Source: Bacteroidales bacterium
GTDB taxonomy: Bacteria > Bacteroidota > Bacteroidia > Bacteroidales > GCA-2748055
DNA length: 64,000 nucleotides
NCBI GenBank assembly: GCA_029210585.1
Contig: JARGFP010000004.1
Coordinates: forward strand, 14,244 to 78,243
Direction of reading: 5' to 3'
Shown: positions 56,901 to 64,000 of the stretch, piece by piece
Layout of the letters: each line of letters starts with the position of its first letter
How positions within the stretch are numbered: the stretch's first letter is position 1
The notes under the pieces: generated by a model
Told to the model about the DNA's origin: nothing
Database searches by the model: none
Seen by the model: the letters and a program-made list of their open reading frames with translations, nothing else
Made by a program: the position numbers and the translations under genes

Positions 56901-58312
56901 ATGCGCCCCCGTATGCAGATGCCGGAGCACCCGTGGTGGTTCTGGTGCCCGACAATACGGCGACGTTGGATGGATCATCGAGTTACGATCCTGAAGGTAC
57001 CGGTTTGTCGTTTCAGTGGGAACAGGTATATGGTCCAACGGTAATCGACTTTTCAGATCCGGCGATTGCCTCGCCCGCGATCTCCAACCTGGTGGAAGGG
57101 ATCTATAAATGCAGGCTCACCGTTAATGATGGCACCTACAGCACAACCAGTTCAGTACTGGTTATTGTCTCTTCTTCAGCCAACCTGACGCCTTTCGTGC
57201 TCATCACTGCACCTGCAAATAATGCATCCTTTTACGAAGGATCTTCTGTCACGATCACCGCTTCAGCAAATGACCTGGATGGTGAGATCGTGCTGGTGGA
57301 ATTTTTCGACGGTACAAATAAATTAGGGGAAGATGTCGCTGCACCCTACTCCATTGTATGGGACACTGCCAGCCCCGGAATACATGAAATCACAGCCAGG
57401 GCAACGGACGATGGTGGTGCATCCGCAATCTCCGCCCGGGTAAAGGTTGAAATCGTTCCTGCTCCCTCATGCAGCGGGGGGCCTGAAAACGGTGATTATA
57501 CTTATCTGTTCTCGGACGAGAAAAACAATCCGACGCTCACCTTTATTCCGGGCGGCGGGAATGCAGGAGATCCAACCTGTATCCTGTATTACGGAACCAG
57601 CCAACCGTTCCCGGGATATAATGTAACGCCAGGCGTACCATTCAGGCTGAATGCTGAAGAGGGAACCCGCATCCAGTTCTATTATACCTATTCTTTCAAT
57701 GGTACTGAAAAAAACACCATTGATGCAAAGCATTCCTATGTGATCGGCACTTGCCTGGCAGGACCGGAAGATGCTATCCTGTCAGTCTCTGCCGGCTCAT
57801 TCAGTATCGATGAAAACAGTGAAGCTGGAACCTTTGTCGGTCAGCCTGAGGTGATCTATACCGGTGCAAACCAACTGGCTTTTTCAATCGCAAGTGGGAA
57901 TGATTCCGGCGCTTTTCAGGTAGATGGCGACAACGGTGATATTGCCGTGGCGAACCCGGACGCATTGGATTTTGAAACCACGGAAAGCTTTGTGCTCGAC
58001 ATCATAGTAACGGATGGGACGCTGTCGGATCATGCCGCCATCACCATCCTGTTGAATGATGTTATCGAAACAGGATTCCAGGCCTCTTTTGTCCCGGAAA
58101 GCATTACTGTTTATCCGAATCCTTTCAGGGATCATCTGCACATTGCCTGGACAGATCTGGAGCGAGCCACTGTATCGGACCTGGCCGGTAGAAGGATGTT
58201 CAGCTCAGAAAACCATGAACTGCACCTGGGACATCTGAAGCCGGGAATATATATCCTGCAGCTCTCCGGGAAAAATAGCCAGGAATACCAGGTGAAGATT
58301 ATCAGGCGTTAA
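53903..58312 (+). CDS. GH81 endo-beta-1,3-glucanase fused to Ig-like, CBM6, PKD-like, cadherin-like modules and a T9SS sorting domain
   Basis: 1469-aa ORF with a signal peptide. GH81 signatures: NINDHHFHWGYFIHAAAF (nt 55226-55255), FSPYAGHCWANGF, and QESTSESMQ with Glu518/Glu522 four residues apart, as in characterised GH81 enzymes. CBM6-like IEAGLYDKFEGG...GEWLEYMVDV...YWDSWSV (~56410-56885). PKD-like LDGSSSYDPEGTGLSFQWEQVYGP. Cadherin-like FSIDENSEAGTFVG...FETTESFVLDIIVTDG. Por-type tail. Confidence 0.9.
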   Translation: MARFPVLALIVSLVLMFPDQPLKAQFVTVGSGSYTTTFPGVDAANRNTYPSGTPQVSEIAAGKPVPTNDWWSLLIKNDHAGNLFNYPMALKTTNPGLVVSYIPWGVYDDQEPVIVGVSGLNASKATVADYSDWTVTMAWNDGTRQFQATSGIAMPFLYFEKGGSDVAQVKVQLGTVTVNDEMIIVENARNGADFVIYAPAGSSWNQAGNTYTSTLNGKNYWSMAMLPQSATNIAVIAGEYKKYAYVFPTNTTTSWTYDEANAVMHTDFLVETETKEGTSTNILQGLLPHQWENLAPGAPQPVGHSYSSVRGEIKTLDGNSFSVENRFRGILPTLPYLANYSEGFSPAELNSKIGQLENDGLATWTDSYNEGQVMNRLIQAARIADLTGDTEARDKIVATIKTRLEDWLTAEASEVAFLFYYNSTWTTLIGYPAGHGQDGNINDHHFHWGYFIHAAAFMEQFEPGWAAQWGEMVNLLVRDAAASDRNDDKFPFLRNFSPYAGHCWANGFATFPQGNDQESTSESMQFNSALIHWGSVTGNDTIRDLGIYLYTTEQTAIEEYWFDIYERNFSASQQYSLVSRVWGNSYDNGTFWTSDIAASYGIEMYPIHGGSLYLGHPTAYVQKLWTEITANTGILSNEANPNLWHDVMWKYLAFIDPQAAIDLYDSYPDRSLKFGISDAQTYYWLHAMNALGTVRADLTADYPVAAAFLKDGTTTYVAHNYSGQPITVTFSDGTTLEVPARQMATSRDLGVSGLLTSDFQQAYPGGSVRLSLATEGETPTRVAFYDGTTLVGTVDAPPYSIEAGDLAPGIHGMYARIYIGEDFNISNQVSIQVGEQLPWAGLPAALPGTIEAGLYDKFEGGTGQGISYVDLSTANEGGFRPGEYVDAVADPAEGAIVGWIAAGEWLEYMVDVETAGVYDLSFRYASGNANGGGPFHFEIDGRRISPDISVNTTNYWDSWSVQTAEGIELGKGVQVLRLVFTSGEFNLGRMTFTYAGALDNAPPYADAGAPVVVLVPDNTATLDGSSSYDPEGTGLSFQWEQVYGPTVIDFSDPAIASPAISNLVEGIYKCRLTVNDGTYSTTSSVLVIVSSSANLTPFVLITAPANNASFYEGSSVTITASANDLDGEIVLVEFFDGTNKLGEDVAAPYSIVWDTASPGIHEITARATDDGGASAISARVKVEIVPAPSCSGGPENGDYTYLFSDEKNNPTLTFIPGGGNAGDPTCILYYGTSQPFPGYNVTPGVPFRLNAEEGTRIQFYYTYSFNGTEKNTIDAKHSYVIGTCLAGPEDAILSVSAGSFSIDENSEAGTFVGQPEVIYTGANQLAFSIASGNDSGAFQVDGDNGDIAVANPDALDFETTESFVLDIIVTDGTLSDHAAITILLNDVIETGFQASFVPESITVYPNPFRDHLHIAWTDLERATVSDLAGRRMFSSENHELHLGHLKPGIYILQLSGKNSQEYQVKIIRR
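58103..58309 (+). other. T9SS C-terminal sorting domain of the GH81 protein
   Basis: The last 69 aa are ITVYPNPFRDHLHIAWTDLERATVSDLAGRRMFSSENHELHLGHLKPGIYILQLSGKNSQEYQVKIIRR. Confidence 0.85.
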
Positions 58313-58367
58313 AAAACAGGTATGGATCATCAGGCAGTAGAAGCAGGTATGGATCATCAGTCGGTCT
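58289..58367 (+). repeat. Degenerate tandem echoes of the GH81 3' end, including the stop codon
   Basis: Three copies: caggtgaagattatcaggcgttaa (58289-58312, true end QVKIIRR*), caggtatggatcatcaggcagtag (58317-58340) and caggtatggatcatcagtcggtct (58344-58367). Copies 2 and 3 share 17 identical nt. Copy 1 matches copy 2 at 17 of 24 positions. Confidence 0.7.
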
Positions 58368-58520
58368 GTACATGAAGCAAAGTCATCGCCGGTTCCATCC
58401 GACTACTTTTCTGAGCGGTCAGGTCTGCCCATGCCCTGCGGTCAGTTACCCGGGAGTAAAAATATGCCGCCATTCTCCCAAATGATGCGTATCTTCGTAG
58501 CTTCACCCTTTCGCAACCTT

Positions 58521-60704
58521 ATGACCAGACCAACAATATACTTTGCGATCCTGCTGGGAATAATCTTTTCCCTGGCACTCCCGGAAGCATCGGGACAGGA
58601 TGCGGCCACGGCCTTTACATTCTCATCTCCACCGAAAATCGATGGACTGCTGAACGAGGAGTTCTGGAAGAAAGCGACACCGGTGACACAATTCTATCAG
58701 CGTGAACCCAGTCCGGGAGCTGCTGCCACCGTACGCACAGAAGCGATGTTTGGTTATGATGAAGGACACCTTTACGTCGCTTTCCGGTGTTTTTCGGAAC
58801 CCGATGAGATCACGGCCAAGGAGATGGCCAGGGATGTAAATCTTTCCAATGACGACCGGGTACAGGTGATCCTGGACACCTATATGGACCAACGGAATGC
58901 CTACTGGTTCCAGATCGGTCCGCGGGGTTCCATCGGAGACGCCATCATCAGCGAAAATGGTGCAGCTTTCAATAAAGCATGGGATGGACTCTGGACAGGA
59001 AAGGCACGGATTACGGACCAGGGATGGCTGGCGGAGATGGCATTTCCCTTCAAGACCCTGAACTTCGATCCGCAACAGACCAGCTGGGGATTGAAACTGA
59101 TCCGTTACCAGAAGTCGATCGAAGAGACGGTCTACTGGCCCGTCGCCAATATCAATACCCATAAATTTCAGGTATCAGATGCCGGTACACTGACCGGATT
59201 GGAGGGTATCAGCCAGGGGATTGGTCTTGACCTGGTGCCCTATGGACTGGGAGGCTTCGATTACAGCGAACAGGAAGCCGGGATCTCCGGGGTGCTGGAT
59301 GCAGGATTTGAAGCCTATTACAATATCACCTCCAGTCTGAAAGCCGCTGTTTCAGTGAATACCGATTTTGCCCAGACGGAGGTGGACCAGCAGGAGATCA
59401 ACCTTACGCGGTTCAGCCTATTTTATCCTGAAAAACGGGATTTTTTCCTGGACGGAGCCAATTACTTTAATTTCGGGATCAATGGTGACCGTGATAACCA
59501 GTGGAACACCCGGTTGATCCCTTTCTTCTCCAGGAGGATCGGGCTGGACCAGCAGGGCAAACCCATCCCGGTCCAGTATGGGGGCAAAGTAACCGGACAG
59601 TCAGGGAGATGGAATATCGGGGCCATGTACATGAAAGATCAGCGAAACGGCTGGAAGAATGGCCATTTTGCCGTCACCCGGCTGTCGCGTAATATCGGGG
59701 AACAGTCGCAGGCCGGTTTTATCTCCACCTATGGCAATGCCCTGTACGACACTTCGAATTTTGTGATCGGCTTCGATATAAAGCTGGCCACATCCACCTT
59801 CAGGGGAGATAAGAACATATCATTCAACATGTACGGTCTTAAATCCGTCACCGACAATATGATGAGCCGGTCCGGATCCCCCGACCGCGATCTTTCATTC
59901 GGGGCAGAACTGGTGTACCCGAACGACAATCTCTCCTTTCGGCTGGGACATATGCAGATCCAGGAAAACTTCATTGCCGGGATCGGCTTTGTCCCCCGCC
60001 CCGGAGTCCGGCAAACCTACGGGGATATTACACTGGGATACCGACCGGAGCGCTGGGGCATCTTACAGGCCCTTGCCGGTGGCGGGCTGGACCATATCAC
60101 CGATTTCAGCAATGTATTGCTTACGCGGGAATGGTACGTCATGCCGCTCCGTTTGAGGTTCATGTCGGGAGATGAACTTAAGTACAGGTTCACCTCCTCG
60201 TACGAATACCTGACAAATCCCTTCAACCTATACGTGGATCACACAGTGATTGCCGGAACCTATGACTTTTTCTGGCAAACTCTTTCCTTCCAGTCTGCGC
60301 AGAAGCGCAGGATCTGGGGATCGGCCGATTACCGGTTCGGACAATTTTTCGGCGGCACCCGGAATGAGATCAGGTTCAAGGTGGGCTACCAGGTGATGGT
60401 TCCCCTGTTCATTGCCGGAGAGATGATCAGGAATGACATTTCCCTGGAGGAGAGCGGTTTTGTAGCAAATATCTACCGGCTGAACCTGAACATCCTGTTC
60501 AGTCCTGACATTACCCTCTACAGCTTCCTGCAATACGACAGCCAGTCCAACAAGATGGGCTGGCAGTCACGCTTCCAGTGGATCCTGAAACCCGGTCGCG
60601 AAATCTTCCTGGTCTGGAACAGCATTGCCCGTGATCCGTTCGAACGTTACCAGCTCGAGGAAGCCGGCGCCAGGTTCAAGATAAAGTATACTGTGAGATT
60701 TTAG
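58521..60704 (+). CDS. CBM9-like/DUF5916-type protein, probable outer-membrane associated
   Basis: Start is placed at MTRPTIYFAILLGIIFSLALPEASGQD. CBM9-like N-terminus: PKIDGLLNEEFWKKATPVTQFYQREP...GHLYVAFRCF...QVILDTYMDQRNAYWFQIGPRG. A long beta-rich C-terminal region ends in an aromatic residue (...KIKYTVRF). Confidence 0.7.
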   Translation: MTRPTIYFAILLGIIFSLALPEASGQDAATAFTFSSPPKIDGLLNEEFWKKATPVTQFYQREPSPGAAATVRTEAMFGYDEGHLYVAFRCFSEPDEITAKEMARDVNLSNDDRVQVILDTYMDQRNAYWFQIGPRGSIGDAIISENGAAFNKAWDGLWTGKARITDQGWLAEMAFPFKTLNFDPQQTSWGLKLIRYQKSIEETVYWPVANINTHKFQVSDAGTLTGLEGISQGIGLDLVPYGLGGFDYSEQEAGISGVLDAGFEAYYNITSSLKAAVSVNTDFAQTEVDQQEINLTRFSLFYPEKRDFFLDGANYFNFGINGDRDNQWNTRLIPFFSRRIGLDQQGKPIPVQYGGKVTGQSGRWNIGAMYMKDQRNGWKNGHFAVTRLSRNIGEQSQAGFISTYGNALYDTSNFVIGFDIKLATSTFRGDKNISFNMYGLKSVTDNMMSRSGSPDRDLSFGAELVYPNDNLSFRLGHMQIQENFIAGIGFVPRPGVRQTYGDITLGYRPERWGILQALAGGGLDHITDFSNVLLTREWYVMPLRLRFMSGDELKYRFTSSYEYLTNPFNLYVDHTVIAGTYDFFWQTLSFQSAQKRRIWGSADYRFGQFFGGTRNEIRFKVGYQVMVPLFIAGEMIRNDISLEESGFVANIYRLNLNILFSPDITLYSFLQYDSQSNKMGWQSRFQWILKPGREIFLVWNSIARDPFERYQLEEAGARFKIKYTVRF

Positions 60705-60783
60705 GGTGAGACTCCGCTTTTCCCCCTCTCCACTTCTCCATCTCTCCTGATCTCTGATTTTCCGGTACTTATAGCCCAACACC

Positions 60784-63243
60784 CTACTCATTATGCAGGG
60801 CCATTGCCGGATCCATCCGCGCGCTTTTCAGTGCCGTCAGTGTGACCGTAATCAGTGCAATGACCATGGCCAGCAAGGCTGAGACTACAAAGATCACAGG
60901 CTGAAATCCTATATTGTACGGAAATCCATTCAGCCAGTCCCGGGTCATGTACCAGGCAAGCGGCCAGGCGATGAGGATCGACAGGATCAGTGAAACCATG
61001 ATTCCCCTGGCAACCATCCCAAGAATGCTCATTTCAGTGGCACCCATCACTTTCCGGATCCCGATCTCCCGCGTCCTTTTCTGGGTATTGTAGAGGGTCA
61101 TGCCAAACAGTCCCAGGCTGGCAATGAAGATCGACAGGATCGAAAAAATCAGGGTGATGATACCGGTACGCTTCTCCTCGGCATAGAAATTGTCATAGAA
61201 TTCGTCGAGGAAGATATACTGGAACGGCGCATCGCCGGTAAAATCCTTCCAGGTTTGCTCCATGTGTTCAAGCGCCAGGCGGTTGTGCTCCTCACCGGGT
61301 TTGGTCCTGATATTCAGGTAACCCACCCAGTTCCAGTCGCTCCGCTTAAGGTACACGATCATCGGGGCAATCTCTGACTTCACGGAGCTGTAATGTATGT
61401 CTTTCATAACACCGATAACCCGCAGATCAAGGAAATCTCCGTTCTCACCCTGTGGCCATTGGATATGGGTATTGAGCGGATCTTCGATCATGAACTTGCG
61501 CACGGCAGCCTCGTTGATCAGGCAGGCCGTTGAATCGCTCCCGAATTCATTCGACATGAACCTGCTGTCGGAGGTGGCAAGCTCCAGCCGGTATGTTTTG
61601 AGAAAATCGTAATCGGTCCAGAACGTATTGAACAGGAAAGTCTCGGTATCTTCCTTTTCCTTTATTTTGTAGCCGTTGTTATTGTTTGGGGATCCCAGGA
61701 ATGCGGTCGAATTGGATACTGCTTCAATACTGGAATGCTTTAACAACTCGGCCTTGAAAGTCTCCACCTTGTCGTTCCCCAAAGGCCACACCCGGTCCAT
61801 GATAATCATGTTTTCCTGGCTGAATCCCACATCTTTGTTCATCAGGTAACGGAACTGCCAGAATATAACGAGTGTTCCGGCTACGATCACCACAGAAATG
61901 GTGAACTGCAGGATAACGAGTGCAGACCGTAGTCTTCCTGTACCGTTGCTGGTCGTTGGGTTGCCCTTCAGTGCCTGGATCGGCTTAAAGGATGCCAGCA
62001 CAAATGCAGGGTAGATTCCGCTCAGGATCCCAAGCAGCACGGTGAGCAACAGGATCGCCGGGAACATGTACCAGCGGAACAGGTCTCCGACCCGCAATGT
62101 AAGGCCGGTTACCGTGTTGAATTGAGGAAGCAGTAATACAACGATAACAAGCGCTACAAGCATTGAAATAACACTCAGGAAAACACTCTCCGCCAGGAAC
62201 TGTCTGATCAGCGCCTTCCTGCCCGAACCGACCACTTTCCTCAGGCTGACCTCCTTGGCGCGGCTGATGGATCGTGCAGTGGAAAGGTTCATGAAATTGA
62301 TGGAGGCTACCACCAGGATAAAAAAGGCGATCACACCGAAAATATAGAGGTACATTTTGTTGCCGATGGGCCGGAAAATGTTGTCTGCCGGCAGGGAGAT
62401 CCCGGGATTCAGGTGGATGTCATACAGATGCTGCAGCTTCAGTCCGTACTTATTGCCACTGGCTTCAAACTCCTCGACGGTGATCCCCATGAACTGTGGC
62501 AGCAACGGGCGGATATGTTCCAGCAAAGATGCATTGATCTTGTCTTCGGCCACCTGCGGATCAGCCTGTTCGTCCAACACGTAGTAGGTGAACATATTGT
62601 TGTGGAAAAAATTGTTCTCCCTGCTGCTTTCCATGGTGCAGTAAGAGATAATAAAATCGTAGAAAAGGTGGGAATTTTTCGGTGCATTCTGAACGATCCC
62701 GGTCACCGTGTAGACATTGTCCTCTTCATTGAGATAAATAGCATCTCCCATGGCATCCCCTCCCTTGAAATACCGCGCAGCAGATTCCTCTGTCAGCAGG
62801 ATGCTGTTCGGTTCCACCAGGCAAGTCGCCGGATCACCCTCCAGCAGTGCAAAGGAAAACACATCAAAAAAGGTCGAATCGGCATAGAGGATGTGGTCTT
62901 CCAGGTGCTTCAGTGCGGGATCACTCCACAGGAGATCGTTGTGCCCGGCATCCAGCCTGCAGTATTTTACAATCTCAGGAACATCTTCGTAAAAGGTGGG
63001 TCCGAAGACCGGGCTGTTCCATGCGCCCCTGAGCTCTTCACCTGCAAACTTGCCATCCAGATACATTCGGTAAATCTGCTTTCCCTGTGTATGGAACCGG
63101 TCGTAATTGACCTCGTTGATGATGTACAGGATGATAAAAATGGAGCTGGCAAGCCCGATGGCCAGTCCAGAAATATTGACAAGGTTGAATGCTTTGTTCC
63201 TCCGAAGGTTGCGGACGGCGACATTTATAAAACTTCTAAACAT
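60784..63243 (-). CDS. FtsX/MacB-type ABC transporter permease (duplicated FtsX module); no ATPase gene in the window
   Basis: 819-aa ORF. N-terminal MFRSFINVAVRNLRRNKAFNLVNISGLAIGLASSIFIILYI is typical of Bacteroidota MacB-like permeases. Two 4-TM FtsX-like blocks are separated by large extracytoplasmic domains. Confidence 0.82.
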   Translation of the reverse strand: MFRSFINVAVRNLRRNKAFNLVNISGLAIGLASSIFIILYIINEVNYDRFHTQGKQIYRMYLDGKFAGEELRGAWNSPVFGPTFYEDVPEIVKYCRLDAGHNDLLWSDPALKHLEDHILYADSTFFDVFSFALLEGDPATCLVEPNSILLTEESAARYFKGGDAMGDAIYLNEEDNVYTVTGIVQNAPKNSHLFYDFIISYCTMESSRENNFFHNNMFTYYVLDEQADPQVAEDKINASLLEHIRPLLPQFMGITVEEFEASGNKYGLKLQHLYDIHLNPGISLPADNIFRPIGNKMYLYIFGVIAFFILVVASINFMNLSTARSISRAKEVSLRKVVGSGRKALIRQFLAESVFLSVISMLVALVIVVLLLPQFNTVTGLTLRVGDLFRWYMFPAILLLTVLLGILSGIYPAFVLASFKPIQALKGNPTTSNGTGRLRSALVILQFTISVVIVAGTLVIFWQFRYLMNKDVGFSQENMIIMDRVWPLGNDKVETFKAELLKHSSIEAVSNSTAFLGSPNNNNGYKIKEKEDTETFLFNTFWTDYDFLKTYRLELATSDSRFMSNEFGSDSTACLINEAAVRKFMIEDPLNTHIQWPQGENGDFLDLRVIGVMKDIHYSSVKSEIAPMIVYLKRSDWNWVGYLNIRTKPGEEHNRLALEHMEQTWKDFTGDAPFQYIFLDEFYDNFYAEEKRTGIITLIFSILSIFIASLGLFGMTLYNTQKRTREIGIRKVMGATEMSILGMVARGIMVSLILSILIAWPLAWYMTRDWLNGFPYNIGFQPVIFVVSALLAMVIALITVTLTALKSARMDPAMALHNE

Positions 63244-63478
63244 GGCTGGTTCTGTTTATTCGTACTGTTTATTCGTTATGCTGAGTCCGATAACATAGAT
63301 TATGCCACACACTTTATATCCCTGACTGTTTGGTACTTTAAAAGTTACATCGCATGGCAAATTAGTACGAATAAGCACATGGATCGTCCGATATCGTACA
63401 CTACAGCCCCCCCCTATTTGCACTTGTCTTAAAACTTCAAATTTATTACCTTGGTGCACAAACCAAATGCACCATGCC

Positions 63479-64000
63479 ATGACCAGCACTAAATTCACAC
63501 TCGATCGCAGGAACTTTCTCCGGATGTCGGCTGCAGCTGCCGCCGGGATGGCCATTGTCCCCTCCTGTACCTTCGGGATCGATAACATCCCGGCACCCAT
63601 GAAAAGGAAATTCGGAAAGACCGGTTTCGATGTAACAACACTGGGCCTGGGAGGACAGGCTTCCCTGCAGTGGACCGGAGAAGGAATCGATCCAGTGAAG
63701 ATCATTCTCAAGGCATTTGATCTGGGTATCAATTACTTCGATACCTCCAACCTGTACCAGGAAAGCCAGCTGCATTATGGGGAAGCGTTCAGACAGCTGA
63801 ACCTGGTTCCCGACAAACCCCTCTATAACAAGAAATTACGTAAATCCATCTTCGTAACCACCAAATCGCACATACGCTGGGGGAACAAGGGTTTTTCAGA
63901 ACGGGACGGAGTGCGCAACCGGACCCAGGGGGACCACGGGGAAGGCGTGATCGGGGACCTAAAAAGATCACTCTCTCAGCTGTTCGGCGACGGAAAGGGA
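63479..64000 (+). CDS. Aldo/keto reductase with twin-arginine (Tat) signal, 5' part only (runs off window end)
   Basis: My own translation reads MTSTKFTLDRRNFLRMSAAAAAGMAIVPS...KRKFGKTGFDVTTLGLGGQASLQW...ILKAFDLGINYFDTSNLYQESQLHYGEAF. The frame is open to position 64000 (174 codons). An in-frame ATG at 63467 is an alternative start. Confidence 0.78.
   Translation, partial: MTSTKFTLDRRNFLRMSAAAAAGMAIVPSCTFGIDNIPAPMKRKFGKTGFDVTTLGLGGQASLQWTGEGIDPVKIILKAFDLGINYFDTSNLYQESQLHYGEAFRQLNLVPDKPLYNKKLRKSIFVTTKSHIRWGNKGFSERDGVRNRTQGDHGEGVIGDLKRSLSQLFGDGKG

Noticed and set aside
62413-63432. 339-aa plus-strand ORF overlapping the FtsX permease gene and extending into the intergenic region. Also minus-strand ORFs 63256-63732 and 63446-63775.
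   Set aside because: They are antisense to the FtsX-type permease or to the Tat-signal aldo/keto reductase frame. The translations lack any recognisable motif.

Overview
The window looks like a Bacteroidota chromosomal segment: three complete SusC/SusD pairs plus a partial fourth SusC, many lipoprotein signal peptides, and four T9SS C-terminal sorting domains. Almost all of it encodes glycan sensing, capture and import. I saw no rRNA, tRNA, CRISPR array, integrase or transposase.

There are three blocks:
- (A) 1-11.9 kb, minus strand: a T9SS-secreted CotH-family protein, a membrane-tethered propeller/Y_Y_Y sensor with a LuxR-type HTH, GH30, a GH5 with two CBM6 modules, and the 5' part of a SusC gene that runs off the window.
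- (B) 12.3-33.8 kb: two more paralogous sensor-LuxR regulators and a T9SS protein with only carbohydrate-binding modules. It also holds a six-gene minus-strand operon of two tandem fasciclin-SusC-SusD modules with no recognisable CAZyme.
- (C) 33.9-60.7 kb: a large bipartite beta-1,3-glucan (laminarin-type) locus. The minus arm is PKD lipoprotein, GH16, SusC, SusD. The divergent plus arm is an MFS sugar porter, a clan GH-A hydrolase, a 1156-aa cytoplasmic GH94/GH149-like putative glycoside phosphorylase, a GPH symporter, GH17, a second GPH symporter, a second GH-A hydrolase, a 1469-aa GH81 multidomain T9SS enzyme, and a CBM9/DUF5916-like protein.

An FtsX/MacB-type permease and a partial Tat-signal aldo/keto reductase close the window.

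Things not explained by ordinary gene calls:
- Tandem duplications span the stop codons of three genes. The most striking is a 76-bp unit present three times after regulator 1; its extra copies keep a 17-codon mini-ORF and differ only by synonymous changes.
- A perfect 22-bp palindrome lies upstream of regulator 2.
- A recurring ATTCAAT motif appears in two regulator-associated intergenic regions.
- Direct-repeat clusters lie upstream of the partial SusC and of GH30.
- An intrinsic terminator lies inside the PKD-GH16 operon arm.
- By hand counts, GC content drops by about 10 points between roughly 12 and 48.5 kb.

All family assignments rest on motifs read from the supplied translations. No database search was run.
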